NCBI GenBank assembly: GCA_963751095.1
Contig: CAVVTK010000009.1
Location: forward strand, 911 to 64,910
DNA length: 64,000 nucleotides
Direction of reading: 5' to 3'
Source of the DNA: an uncultured Holophagaceae bacterium
Lineage (GTDB): Bacteria; Acidobacteriota; Holophagae; Holophagales; Holophagaceae
Position 1 is the first letter of the stretch. Every line of letters starts with the position of its first letter. Of the stretch, positions 42,106-50,809 are shown piece by piece. A model generated the notes under the pieces. The model was not told where the DNA came from. It worked only from the letters and a program-made list of their open reading frames with translations, and did no database searches. The translations under genes were made by a program, and so were the position numbers.

Positions 42106-42840
42106 TGGGCGCCTCCGATCTGCTGAATGGCACGGTCCACAGCCTTGGCGGCCTCGGGACCCTGCAGCTTGGCTTCCAGGCGCTTGGCGGCGCCCTCGAC
42201 GGCCAGCTCGGCCACCAGGGCCCGCAGCTCCTGCTCGGCCTGGCGCTTCTGGTAGCCGATCTCGGCCTGGGCCTGGGCGAGGATCACGATGGCTTCGGCC
42301 TTGGCGGCCTCCAGCACGCGCTGCTTCTCGGCTTCGGCATCGGTCTCGGCCTTGGCCAGGATGCCCGCCAGCTCGCCTTCGAGCCCGGCCATCTTGGCCT
42401 CCATGTCCTTCATCTGGGCCTCACCCTCGGCCTTGTCTCGCTCCGCCTGGGCGAGCATGGTCTCCAGCTCTTCCTTGCGGGACTTGAACATGGCAGACAG
42501 GGCGCCCTTCAGGATGAAGAAGAGGCCCGCGCCGTAGATGGCGAAGTTCAGCAGCTGAACGAGGAAGGCACCGCCGTTGCCGTATTCCTTGCCGAAGAGA
42601 ACCATGGGGGGCTTGTGGTGGACCCCGCCGTGGGCCTCGGTACCTGTGAGTCCCGCCGGAGGCGGCGTGGGCCTCTCCCTGCTGGGCTTCGTGACCGGCG
42701 GGCTGGGCCGCATGGCCGGCTGCGGTGGCTTCCTGCTTCTCGGCAGCCGGGGCCGGGTGGGCATCATGGGCCTGGGCCACCAGCGCCAGGGGGCTGAGGG
42801 ACAGCAGGACTGCCAGGGAGAGTCGGGTCAGCTTGTGCAT
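42102..42840 (-). CDS. atpF: ATP synthase F0 subunit b, apparently with a +1 frameshift near 42640-42665
   Basis: Signal/His-rich N-terminus in one frame, QLLNFAI TM and coiled coil in another; length 739 = 3n+1. Confidence 0.8.
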
Positions 42841-42842
42841 GC

Positions 42843-43355
42843 TCAGGCCTGCTTCAGAAGGGTCTGGGCCATGGATTCGGCCAGGGCGTCCACCTGGGCC
42901 AGCAGGTTCTGCTTGGCCATCGCCTGCTGGGCCTTGAGGGATTCCACTGCCGCCTGCCGCTCGGCCTGGGCCCTGGTCCTGGCTTCGTCCAGGAGGTGCT
43001 GCTTCTCCTTGCCGGCCGCGTCCGACAGCGCCTTGCGCCGGTCAAAGGCCTGGGTCCGGAGCTCCTTCAAGCGGGCCTGGTAGTCCTTCTGCCGGGCCTC
43101 CAGAGCGGCGGCAGCCTGGGCCTTGGCATCGCCGCCGGCATTCAGGTCGCGGTCGCGGTCCTCCATCACCTTCGTGATGGGCTGGAAGAACACCACGCGG
43201 AGGTAGAAGTAGAGCACCACGAGCAGGATGATCACGAAGAGCAGGGCCGGCAGGTCCGGGCGCATGGGATCCGGCATCTGGGCCAGGATGCGCGCGACCG
43301 GACCACCCTCTTGCGGGGATCGGAGCGTCAGATTCGCCAGTTCCAGCAGCGCCAC
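42843..43355 (-). CDS. ATP synthase F0 subunit b'
   Basis: TM helix, F.PI.KVM..R, then coiled coil; first gene of the atp operon. Confidence 0.85.
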   Translation of the reverse strand: MALLELANLTLRSPQEGGPVARILAQMPDPMRPDLPALLFVIILLVVLYFYLRVVFFQPITKVMEDRDRDLNAGGDAKAQAAAALEARQKDYQARLKELRTQAFDRRKALSDAAGKEKQHLLDEARTRAQAERQAAVESLKAQQAMAKQNLLAQVDALAESMAQTLLKQA

Positions 43356-43549
43356 AGGCCACCCTCCAGAGACATCCCAAGGCCAAGGCTGACAGTTCAG
43401 CCAGGGTCACACCGACACCAGCTGATGGTCCGCGGGAACCTCTGGCACGGGAGTCCTAAAACCCTACCAGATTGGTCCCATTCCCTCAATCCAGAGCTTT
43501 GTCCTTGACCCTTCCGGGCCTCTGTGGGAGGATTTCGGTTCGGCGATTC

Positions 43550-43625
43550 GGGCGATTAGCTCAGTCGGTAGAGCAGCTGCCTTACACGCAGCATGTCGGC
43601 GGTTCGAGCCCGTCATCGCCCACCA
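43550..43625 (+). tRNA. tRNA-Val(TAC)
   Basis: Cloverleaf; GCTGC-CTTACAC-GCAGC; CCA end. Confidence 0.95.
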
Positions 43626-43652
43626 GGCATCTGGTGAAAGCAGTAAACGCAA

Positions 43653-43729
43653 GGGGTTGTAGCTCAGTCGGTTAGAGTGCCAGCCTGTCACGCTGGAAGT
43701 CGCGGGTTCGAGCCCCGTCAGCCCCGCCA
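43653..43729 (+). tRNA. tRNA-Asp(GTC)
   Basis: Cloverleaf; CCAGC-CTGTCAC-GCTGG; CCA end. Confidence 0.95.
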
Positions 43730-43761
43730 AAAAATGCGCCCAACCGGGCGCATTTTTTTTT
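43730..43761 (+). terminator. intrinsic terminator
   Basis: AAAAATGCGCCC-AACC-GGGCGCATTTTTTTTT. Confidence 0.9.
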
Positions 43762-43763
43762 GC

Positions 43764-44077
43764 GGCGGGGCTGCCGGGACTCGGGCCCGCGAGTGGGCTG
43801 GTCACACCGTCGTGGAGGCCCTCCAGTGGAGGGCCGGAGCAGGGGTGGCCAGACCGGCAGACGCAAGCCCGCAGGGCGCTGCGGCTGCGGTTCGAGCCCT
43901 CGACCGTGGGGGTCGGCGCGAGTGGCGGGGAACGGGGCTGCCGGGACTCGGGCCCGCCCCCGCAACGCATGCGTTGCGGGGATCCAGCGTCGAGTGGGCT
44001 GGTCACACCGTCGTGGAGGCCCTCCAGTGGAGGGCCGGAGCAGGGTGACCAGACCGGCAGACGCGAGCCAGAAGGGC
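43764..44077. repeat. two degenerate structured repeat units downstream of tRNA-Asp
   Basis: CGGGGCTGCCGGGACTCGGGCCCGC at 43766 and 43933; ~79-bp block at 43791 and 43992. Confidence 0.88.
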
Positions 44078-44088
44078 GCCGGCGCCCC

Positions 44089-44499
44089 CTACTCCCGCAA
44101 CCCCCACATCTTCACGATCTTCCCCGCCTTCACCTGGTAGATCACCAAGGTCTCGATGGGGTCACCCTTCCCCGCCCGGCCCTTGATGATCTCCTTCTGG
44201 ATCACAAAGGAGCCGGAGAGCATCTGGGCCTTGGCCGAGGCGTGCAGGTCCGGGTTCGCCTTGAACCGCTCGGCATACAATTCCCGCAGCCGGGCCTTCC
44301 CCGTGGGCGCCGAGGTGCCGGGGATCTCGGAGACCTCCACGTCATCCGCGAAGAGGGCCAGGAAGCCCTCCAGGTCATGGGCGTTGAACAGCTCGAGCTG
44401 CCGCTCCACCGTGCCCGCCGGGCTGAGATTCTTGGGAGTGGGCGCGGCCAGCAGCAGCGCGGGTATCAGCAGGTAGGACAGCGATCGGATCATGAGCAC
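44089..44499 (-). CDS. SnoaL/NTF2-like secreted protein
   Basis: VERQLELFNAHDLEGFLALFADD and IYQVKAGKI. Confidence 0.8.
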   Translation of the reverse strand: MLMIRSLSYLLIPALLLAAPTPKNLSPAGTVERQLELFNAHDLEGFLALFADDVEVSEIPGTSAPTGKARLRELYAERFKANPDLHASAKAQMLSGSFVIQKEIIKGRAGKGDPIETLVIYQVKAGKIVKMWGLRE

Positions 44500-44592
44500 T
44501 CCGGACGGGAAGCACCACTGTAACGGCCCCTCCCGAAATCCGCCCGTGCCCTTTCGACCTATGCCCGATAGACTGAAGGGCTTGGAACAACC

Positions 44593-46173
44593 ATGAAACT
44601 ACCCCTCGTCGCCCTCTGCGGACGCCCCAATGTGGGCAAGTCCACCCTCTTCAACCGGCTCACCCGCAGCCGGGCGGCCCTGGTCCACGACCTGCCGGGC
44701 ATGACCCGCGACCGCAGCTATGGCCGGGTCACCTGCCTGAGCGAAGAAGGCGAACCTGAGGAAGTCTTCGAGCTGGTGGACACGGGCGGCCTTGATTTCG
44801 AGGGCGACGACGTCATCACCCAGGGCATCACCCGCATGGCCCAGGCCGCCCTCGAGGAGGCCCACGTGGCCATCCTGCTGGTGGACGGCCACGACGGGCT
44901 CACCGCCGGGGACGAGGAGATCGCCGCCCGCCTGCGCCGCATGGGCAAGCCCCTCCTGCTCGTCATCAACAAGCTGGACGGCATGAAGGGGGGCGCGCCG
45001 GACGGCGGCTTCTACGGCCTGGGCTTCGACGAGGCCTTCGCCATCTCCGCGGCCCACGGCGCCGGCGTGCCCGAGCTCATCGCCGCCATCCGTGCCCGCC
45101 TGCCCTTCCACCGCACCCCCGAAGAAGCCGAGACGCACGAACTGGGGGACGAGCGGCGCTTCGCCCTCATCGGCCGTCCCAACGTGGGCAAGTCCTCCCT
45201 GGCCAACCGCCTGCTGGGCTACGAGCGCAGCCTCGTCAGCGAGGTGGCGGGCACCACCCGCGATACCGTGGATACCGTCATCCACGTCCAGGACAGGGTC
45301 TACCGCCTCATCGATACCGCGGGCATCCGCAAGAAGGGCAAGACCCACGAAGGTGCCGAGAAGCTCAGCATCCTGAAGGCGAAGCAGGCCATGGCCCGGG
45401 CCGACGTCAGCCTGCTGCTGCTGGATGCCGTTGAAGGCGCCACCCACCAGGATGCCGTGATCGCGGGCTATGCCCAGGAAGCCGGCGCCGCAGTCATCCT
45501 CGTGGTGAACAAGTGGGATCTGGTCGAGAAGGACACCCACACCATTTACGGTGCCGAGGAAGATCTCCGCCGCAGCCTGGGCTTCCTGCACCACGCGCCG
45601 ATGATCTTCCTGTCCGCCCTGACCGGGCAGCGCGTATCGAAGATCTTCGGCATGATCGATGAGCTGGCAGAGGCCCACGCCCGCCGCATTCCCACGAGTG
45701 AGCTGAACCGGTTCCTGCGTGGATCCGTAGATGCCATGAGCCCCCACGCCATCGACGGGAAGCTGCCCAAGCTCTACTTCATGACCCAGGTGGGGGTGCG
45801 CCCCCCCAGCTTCGTCATCAAGACCAACACCGACCGCGGCCTGCATTTCAGCTACGTGCGCTACCTGGAGAACCGCCTGCGCGAGCAGTTCGGCCTGGCG
45901 GGCGTGCCCCTGCGGCTCAGCATCCAGAAGAAACAGAAGGGCGAGGACGAGCCGGTAGAGACTGCCGTGGTGCGCCGCATCCTGGATCCCGGCGAAGGCC
46001 TGAAGCCCTCCCGCAGCAATGAAGCGCTCCAGGCCCAGAAGGCCGACAAGATCAAGCCCCGCCCCCGACCCAAGAAGAAGGAAGCCCCGAAACCCGCCGC
46101 CAAACAGGCGCCCCGGAAGGGCCCCGGCGCCCCGCCCAAGCGGGTCCGGCAGAAATCCACCAAGCGGCCTTAG
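44593..46173 (+). CDS. der: ribosome biogenesis GTPase Der
   Basis: Two GRPNVGKS G domains, DTAG, KH-like C-terminus, basic tail. Confidence 0.96.
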   Translation: MKLPLVALCGRPNVGKSTLFNRLTRSRAALVHDLPGMTRDRSYGRVTCLSEEGEPEEVFELVDTGGLDFEGDDVITQGITRMAQAALEEAHVAILLVDGHDGLTAGDEEIAARLRRMGKPLLLVINKLDGMKGGAPDGGFYGLGFDEAFAISAAHGAGVPELIAAIRARLPFHRTPEEAETHELGDERRFALIGRPNVGKSSLANRLLGYERSLVSEVAGTTRDTVDTVIHVQDRVYRLIDTAGIRKKGKTHEGAEKLSILKAKQAMARADVSLLLLDAVEGATHQDAVIAGYAQEAGAAVILVVNKWDLVEKDTHTIYGAEEDLRRSLGFLHHAPMIFLSALTGQRVSKIFGMIDELAEAHARRIPTSELNRFLRGSVDAMSPHAIDGKLPKLYFMTQVGVRPPSFVIKTNTDRGLHFSYVRYLENRLREQFGLAGVPLRLSIQKKQKGEDEPVETAVVRRILDPGEGLKPSRSNEALQAQKADKIKPRPRPKKKEAPKPAAKQAPRKGPGAPPKRVRQKSTKRP

Positions 46174-46208
46174 GCTTGGGCTAACCTGGGCCACCCTCCG
46201 GAGTGCCC

Positions 46209-47465
46209 ATGCCCCTGCGATGCCTCGCCGCCTGCCTGCTGTCGTTGAGCCTCTCCGCCCAGGACCGCCCCCTGGTTCTCAAGGCCGCCCGGCTGCTGAA
46301 CGTGCGCACCGGGAAGGTGGAGACACCTGGGCAGCTCTGGATTCAGGCCGGCCGCATCCAGGCCGGTCCCCCACCCGCCGGGGCTGAGACCCTTGATCTC
46401 GGCAATCGGACCCTGCTGCCCGGCCTCATCGACTGCCACACCCACCTGCTGTTCCCCGCGGGCCTGGGGGAATTGGGCTACCTCAAGCGCAGCCCCGGCA
46501 CCCTGGTGCTCGATGGCGTGGTGAACGCCCGCAAGGTCCTGGAAGCCGGCTTCACCACAGTGCGGGACGTGGGCGCCTCCGCCGGTTTCGGCGACGTGGC
46601 CCTGCGGGACGCCATCGCCCGTGGTGCCATTCCCGGGCCCCGCATGCTGGTGGCCGGGCCGGCGCTCTCCATCACCGGTGGTCACGGTGACCTCAACGGC
46701 TTCCCGCCCCACGTGCACGTCGGAGACGACCACATCGTGGACAGCCCCGACCAGGGGCGGCACGCCGTGCGCGAGTGGCACAAGCGGGGCGTGGACCTCA
46801 TCAAGCTCCACGCGACCGGCGGGGTGCTCTCCAATCATGACGATCCCGGCGCGCCCAGCTTCAGCCCGCCCGAGTTCAAGGCCATCGTGGAGGAGGCCCG
46901 GCGCCGAGGCCTCGACGTGTGCGCCCATGCCCACGGTGACGCGGGAATCCTGGAGGCGACCCTGGCCGGCGTGCGCTCCATCGAGCACGGCAGCCTGCTG
47001 AGCCCCGCCACGGCCAAGGAGATGAAGGCCCGCGGGACCTTCCTCGTGCCGACCCTCTACGCGCTGGAATCAATCCTGCTGCCCGGCAATCCCTACAAGA
47101 TCCCCGAAGGCTCCCTGGTGAAGGCCCGGGCCATCCTGCCGCTCCGGAAGGCGGGCTTCAAGGTCGCGCTGGAGGCCGGCATCCCCATCGCCTACGGCAC
47201 GGATATCGGGGTCTTCGAGCACGGCCAGGTGGCGGCGGATTTCCACTACCTGGTGAGCTACGGCATGACGCCGCTCCAGGCCCTCCAGAGCGCCACCCTC
47301 GTCGCGGCCGACCTGCTGCGCATGGGGAGCGAGGTCGGTAGCCTCGAACCGGGCCGGCTGGCCGATGTGATCGCCGTGGACGGGGACCCCCTGACCGACA
47401 TCAGCACCCTGGAACGGGTCCGATTCGTCATGAAGGGTGGAAAGACCCTCCTGAAAACCCCTTGA
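46209..47465 (+). CDS. secreted amidohydrolase (Xaa-Pro dipeptidase-like)
   Basis: PGLIDCHTH, GFTTVRD, AHAHG, SIEHG and GTD motifs. Confidence 0.88.
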   Translation: MPLRCLAACLLSLSLSAQDRPLVLKAARLLNVRTGKVETPGQLWIQAGRIQAGPPPAGAETLDLGNRTLLPGLIDCHTHLLFPAGLGELGYLKRSPGTLVLDGVVNARKVLEAGFTTVRDVGASAGFGDVALRDAIARGAIPGPRMLVAGPALSITGGHGDLNGFPPHVHVGDDHIVDSPDQGRHAVREWHKRGVDLIKLHATGGVLSNHDDPGAPSFSPPEFKAIVEEARRRGLDVCAHAHGDAGILEATLAGVRSIEHGSLLSPATAKEMKARGTFLVPTLYALESILLPGNPYKIPEGSLVKARAILPLRKAGFKVALEAGIPIAYGTDIGVFEHGQVAADFHYLVSYGMTPLQALQSATLVAADLLRMGSEVGSLEPGRLADVIAVDGDPLTDISTLERVRFVMKGGKTLLKTP

Positions 47466-47580
47466 TCATTTCCTGCAAAATCGACCTCGGAATTGATTAT
47501 TAAATATTGATAAAAATAAACTTATTTAAATTTATTCTAAATAGAATTGATTCTCAAGAAAATTAACAACCCTTAACTTG
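47466..47580 (+). promoter_or_regulatory. AT-rich regulatory region upstream of the M4 protease
   Basis: Abrupt AT-rich block with small palindromes (ATTCTA-AA-TAGAAT) and repeated AATTGATT. Confidence 0.5.
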
Positions 47581-47739
47581 AGAGGGCGGAGCGCCTGCCA
47601 TGAAGCTGACTCCAACGCCCCCGTTCTTTCCACACTTCACCCCAGGCCGCTGCGCATCAGACCGCTGCTGTCGGGAGCCACCCAGGCCGGAAGAACCTGT
47701 GCGGCTGTGAAACCCCCTTCCCCCGTTGAGGAGTTGCCC

Positions 47740-50064
47740 ATGGCGACTACCAAAGGCCGCTTGGCCCTGTCCTTCGTCACCGCGGCCCTGGCTGCCGGTT
47801 CCCTTTTCGCCGGTTCGCCGCAGGAAACGCTGCGCGTGAACGGCGCTGCTGACCGCCTCCATGCGAACCGCACCCAGCTGGGCCTGGATGCCGATCACGC
47901 GTTCAGCCTGCGCACGTCCCACTCGGACGAACTGGGCCAGACGCATGCCCACTTCACCCAGTTCTACAAGGGCGTGCGGGTCTGGGGCGGCGACGCCATC
48001 ACCCACACCGATCGCAGCGGCGCCGACCTGCCGCTGACGAACGCCCTGCACAAGAACGTCCTCCTCAACGTGGCCCCCTCCCTCATGGCGGGCGAGGCCC
48101 TGGCCGTCGCCCAGGCTGACCTGGCCCCCAAGGGCGCCTTCGCCTACGCCCCGACTTCGGAGCTGGTGGTCTACCCCCAGGAAGTGGACGTCATCACTCG
48201 CCGCGCCGGCCGTCAGGCCCTCGACCAGGAACTGGACGCCACTGCGGTGACGCGCCAGGTGGTCCGCTACACTCTGGCCTACCATGTGCACACCGAGCTC
48301 GAGAACGAAGTCGATGGCATCAAGCACACCGACTACATGATCGACGCCCACACCGGCGCCATTCTCAAGACCTGGAACACCCTGCACACCGCCGCCGCCA
48401 CCGGCACCGGCAACAGCCAGTACAATGGCGTGGTCACGGTCAACACCAACAGCATCACGGGCGGCTACGAGATGCGGGACATGACCCGCGGCGCCGCCGG
48501 CAACTACGTGACCAACGCGAACCACGCGGCCACCACCTCCACGGCCGTCGGCACCATCTACAGCGACGCCGACAACACCTGGGGCGATGCCGCCAACTAC
48601 GTTGAAGGCAGCTCCACCACCGCCGCCAATGGCCAGACGGCCGCCGTGGACGCCATGTACGGCATGGCCAAGTCCTGGGACTTCTACAAGCTGGTCTACG
48701 GCCGCAACGGCATTGACGGCGCCGGCAGCACCACCTACAGCCGCGTGCACATCGGCAGCGCCTACGACAATGCCTTCTGGTCCGACAGCTGCTTCTGCAT
48801 GACCTACGGCGACGGCACCAGCTTCACCACCCTCACCGCCCTGGACGTGGCCGGTCACGAGATGAGCCACGGCGTCTGCGCCCGCACCGCCAACCTGACC
48901 TACTCCGGTGAGTCGGGCGGTCTGAACGAGTCCAACTCCGACATCTTCGGCACCATGATCGAGTTCTACGCCCGCGGCGGCTCCGGCGCCACCATCGGCA
49001 ACACCGGTGGCAACTGGACCATCGGCGAGCAGCTCTCGGCCACCCCCCTGCGCTACATGTACAAGCCGAGCCTGGATGGCGCCTCACCCGATGCCTGGTC
49101 CTCCACCGTCGGCAGCCTGGACGTGCACTACTCCAGCGGCCCCATGAACCGCTGCTTCTACTTCCTGAGCGCGGGTGCCACCACCACCGGCAACACCAGC
49201 ACCACCCTGCTCCCCTCCGGCATGACCGGCATTGGCAATGACCAGGCTTCGGCCATCTGGTTCCGCGCCCTCACCACCTATCTCACCGCCAGCTCCAACT
49301 ACGCCGCCGCCCGCACCGCCGCCATCAACTCGGCCAAGGACCTCTACGGCGCTGGCAGCGTCCAGGAGCAGGCCGTGTGGAACGCCTTCCGCGGCATCAA
49401 CGTGGGCGCCGCCTGGTCCACCAGCACCGACACCACGGCCCCCACCGCCACCGCCTCCGAAACTGGCACCACGGGCACCATCACCCTTTCCGCTACGGCT
49501 TCCGATGCGGTTGGCGTCACCAAGGTGGAGTTCTACATCGACGGCGCCCTGGTCGGCACCGACACCACCTCGCCCTACAGCGTCACCTACAACTCCGCGA
49601 ACCTGACCAACGGCACCCACAGCCTCGTCGCCAAAGCCTATGACGCCGCCGGCAACATCGGCTCCTCCACCGCCGTCAGCTTCACCACCAGCAACACCAG
49701 CACCGGCACCACCTTCAACGAGGTCGAGAGCAACAACACCCGCACCACCGCCAACGTGGTCGGCGACACCGTCAACAAGATCGGCGGCTACATGGGCACC
49801 ACCACCGACAACGACTACTTCAAGATCAACATCGCCCCCGGTCGCACCGCCACCATCAACATGACCGGCCCCACGGGCGTGGACTACGATCTCTACCTCT
49901 ACAACAGCAGCGGCACTCAGCTGAAGAGCAGCCTGGGCGCCACCGCCACTGAGACCATCACCTACTCGAACACCTCCGCCACTGCGACGGTGTTCTATGT
50001 CCGGGTGAAGGCCTACAGCGGCTCCAGCACCACCACCCCCTACAACCTCGCCCTCACCCGCTGA
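47740..50064 (+). CDS. M4 (thermolysin-like) metalloprotease with propeptide, Ig-like and PPC domains
   Basis: NAFW, HEMSH, GGLNES and DVHYSSG motifs; C-terminal Ig-like and PPC (DYDLYLY) domains. Confidence 0.93.
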   Translation: MATTKGRLALSFVTAALAAGSLFAGSPQETLRVNGAADRLHANRTQLGLDADHAFSLRTSHSDELGQTHAHFTQFYKGVRVWGGDAITHTDRSGADLPLTNALHKNVLLNVAPSLMAGEALAVAQADLAPKGAFAYAPTSELVVYPQEVDVITRRAGRQALDQELDATAVTRQVVRYTLAYHVHTELENEVDGIKHTDYMIDAHTGAILKTWNTLHTAAATGTGNSQYNGVVTVNTNSITGGYEMRDMTRGAAGNYVTNANHAATTSTAVGTIYSDADNTWGDAANYVEGSSTTAANGQTAAVDAMYGMAKSWDFYKLVYGRNGIDGAGSTTYSRVHIGSAYDNAFWSDSCFCMTYGDGTSFTTLTALDVAGHEMSHGVCARTANLTYSGESGGLNESNSDIFGTMIEFYARGGSGATIGNTGGNWTIGEQLSATPLRYMYKPSLDGASPDAWSSTVGSLDVHYSSGPMNRCFYFLSAGATTTGNTSTTLLPSGMTGIGNDQASAIWFRALTTYLTASSNYAAARTAAINSAKDLYGAGSVQEQAVWNAFRGINVGAAWSTSTDTTAPTATASETGTTGTITLSATASDAVGVTKVEFYIDGALVGTDTTSPYSVTYNSANLTNGTHSLVAKAYDAAGNIGSSTAVSFTTSNTSTGTTFNEVESNNTRTTANVVGDTVNKIGGYMGTTTDNDYFKINIAPGRTATINMTGPTGVDYDLYLYNSSGTQLKSSLGATATETITYSNTSATATVFYVRVKAYSGSSTTTPYNLALTR

Positions 50065-50082
50065 GGAACCAGTCTCTCCAGG

Positions 50083-50110
50083 ACAGGGCCGCGCGAGCGG
50101 CCCTGTTTTT
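50083..50110 (+). terminator. intrinsic terminator
   Basis: ACAGGGCCGC-GCGA-GCGGCCCTGT-TTTT. Confidence 0.85.
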
Positions 50111-50125
50111 CGTTAGACTGCCCCC

Positions 50126-50806
50126 ATGGTTGTCCTGATCGCAGAGCCAGACGAGGTCAATGCCCGGCGGATGATCGAGGGTCTGGCCTCGGAGGGACTC
50201 CTCTGCGAGTGGGCGAAAACAGGGCCGGAGGCCCTGGCCCGGGCCTCCGCCTGCGAGGCCCTGGTGGCAGAGATCGCCCTGCCGGGGCTGTCGGGCATGG
50301 ACCTCGTCGGGCGTTTGCGGGAATCCGGCATCACCACCCCCCTGATCTTCGTGACGGCACTCTGCACCCCGGAACACCGGGTGCGTGGCCTCGAAGCCGG
50401 GGCCGACGACTACCTCTGCAAGCCCTTCACCGTGCCGGAACTGGCGGCCCGGCTGCGGGCCCTCATCCGGCGAAGCCGGATGCCCTCGCGGCTCCGTCGG
50501 GTGGGTGTGGCCGACCTAATCTGGGAACCGGATCTGCGTCGCGTGCACCGGGGTGACCGCCGACTCGACCTGACGCCCAAGGAATACACCCTGCTGGCCC
50601 TCCTGCTGGAGCACCCCGGACAGGTCGTCAGCCGGGATGAGATGGCCCTGGCCCTCTGGGGTGGCGAGAAACAGCGCCCCGACCTGCGCAGTCCCAATGC
50701 CCTGGATGCCCAGATCCGGCGGCTCCGGGCGAAGGTGGACGATCCTTTCGACCGCCCTCTGCTGCACACCCAGCGGGGGCGGGGCCTGCTCATCGAACTC
50801 CGGTAG
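50126..50806 (+). CDS. OmpR-family response regulator with atypical receiver
   Basis: GADDYLCKPF, LTPKEY and winged helix; phosphoacceptor position reads E (AEIALPG). Confidence 0.88.
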   Translation: MVVLIAEPDEVNARRMIEGLASEGLLCEWAKTGPEALARASACEALVAEIALPGLSGMDLVGRLRESGITTPLIFVTALCTPEHRVRGLEAGADDYLCKPFTVPELAARLRALIRRSRMPSRLRRVGVADLIWEPDLRRVHRGDRRLDLTPKEYTLLALLLEHPGQVVSRDEMALALWGGEKQRPDLRSPNALDAQIRRLRAKVDDPFDRPLLHTQRGRGLLIELR

Positions 50807-50809
50807 GAC

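Noticed and set aside
47580-47739. Riboswitch in the M4 protease leader
   Set aside because: No recognisable riboswitch consensus by eye; would need an Rfam scan
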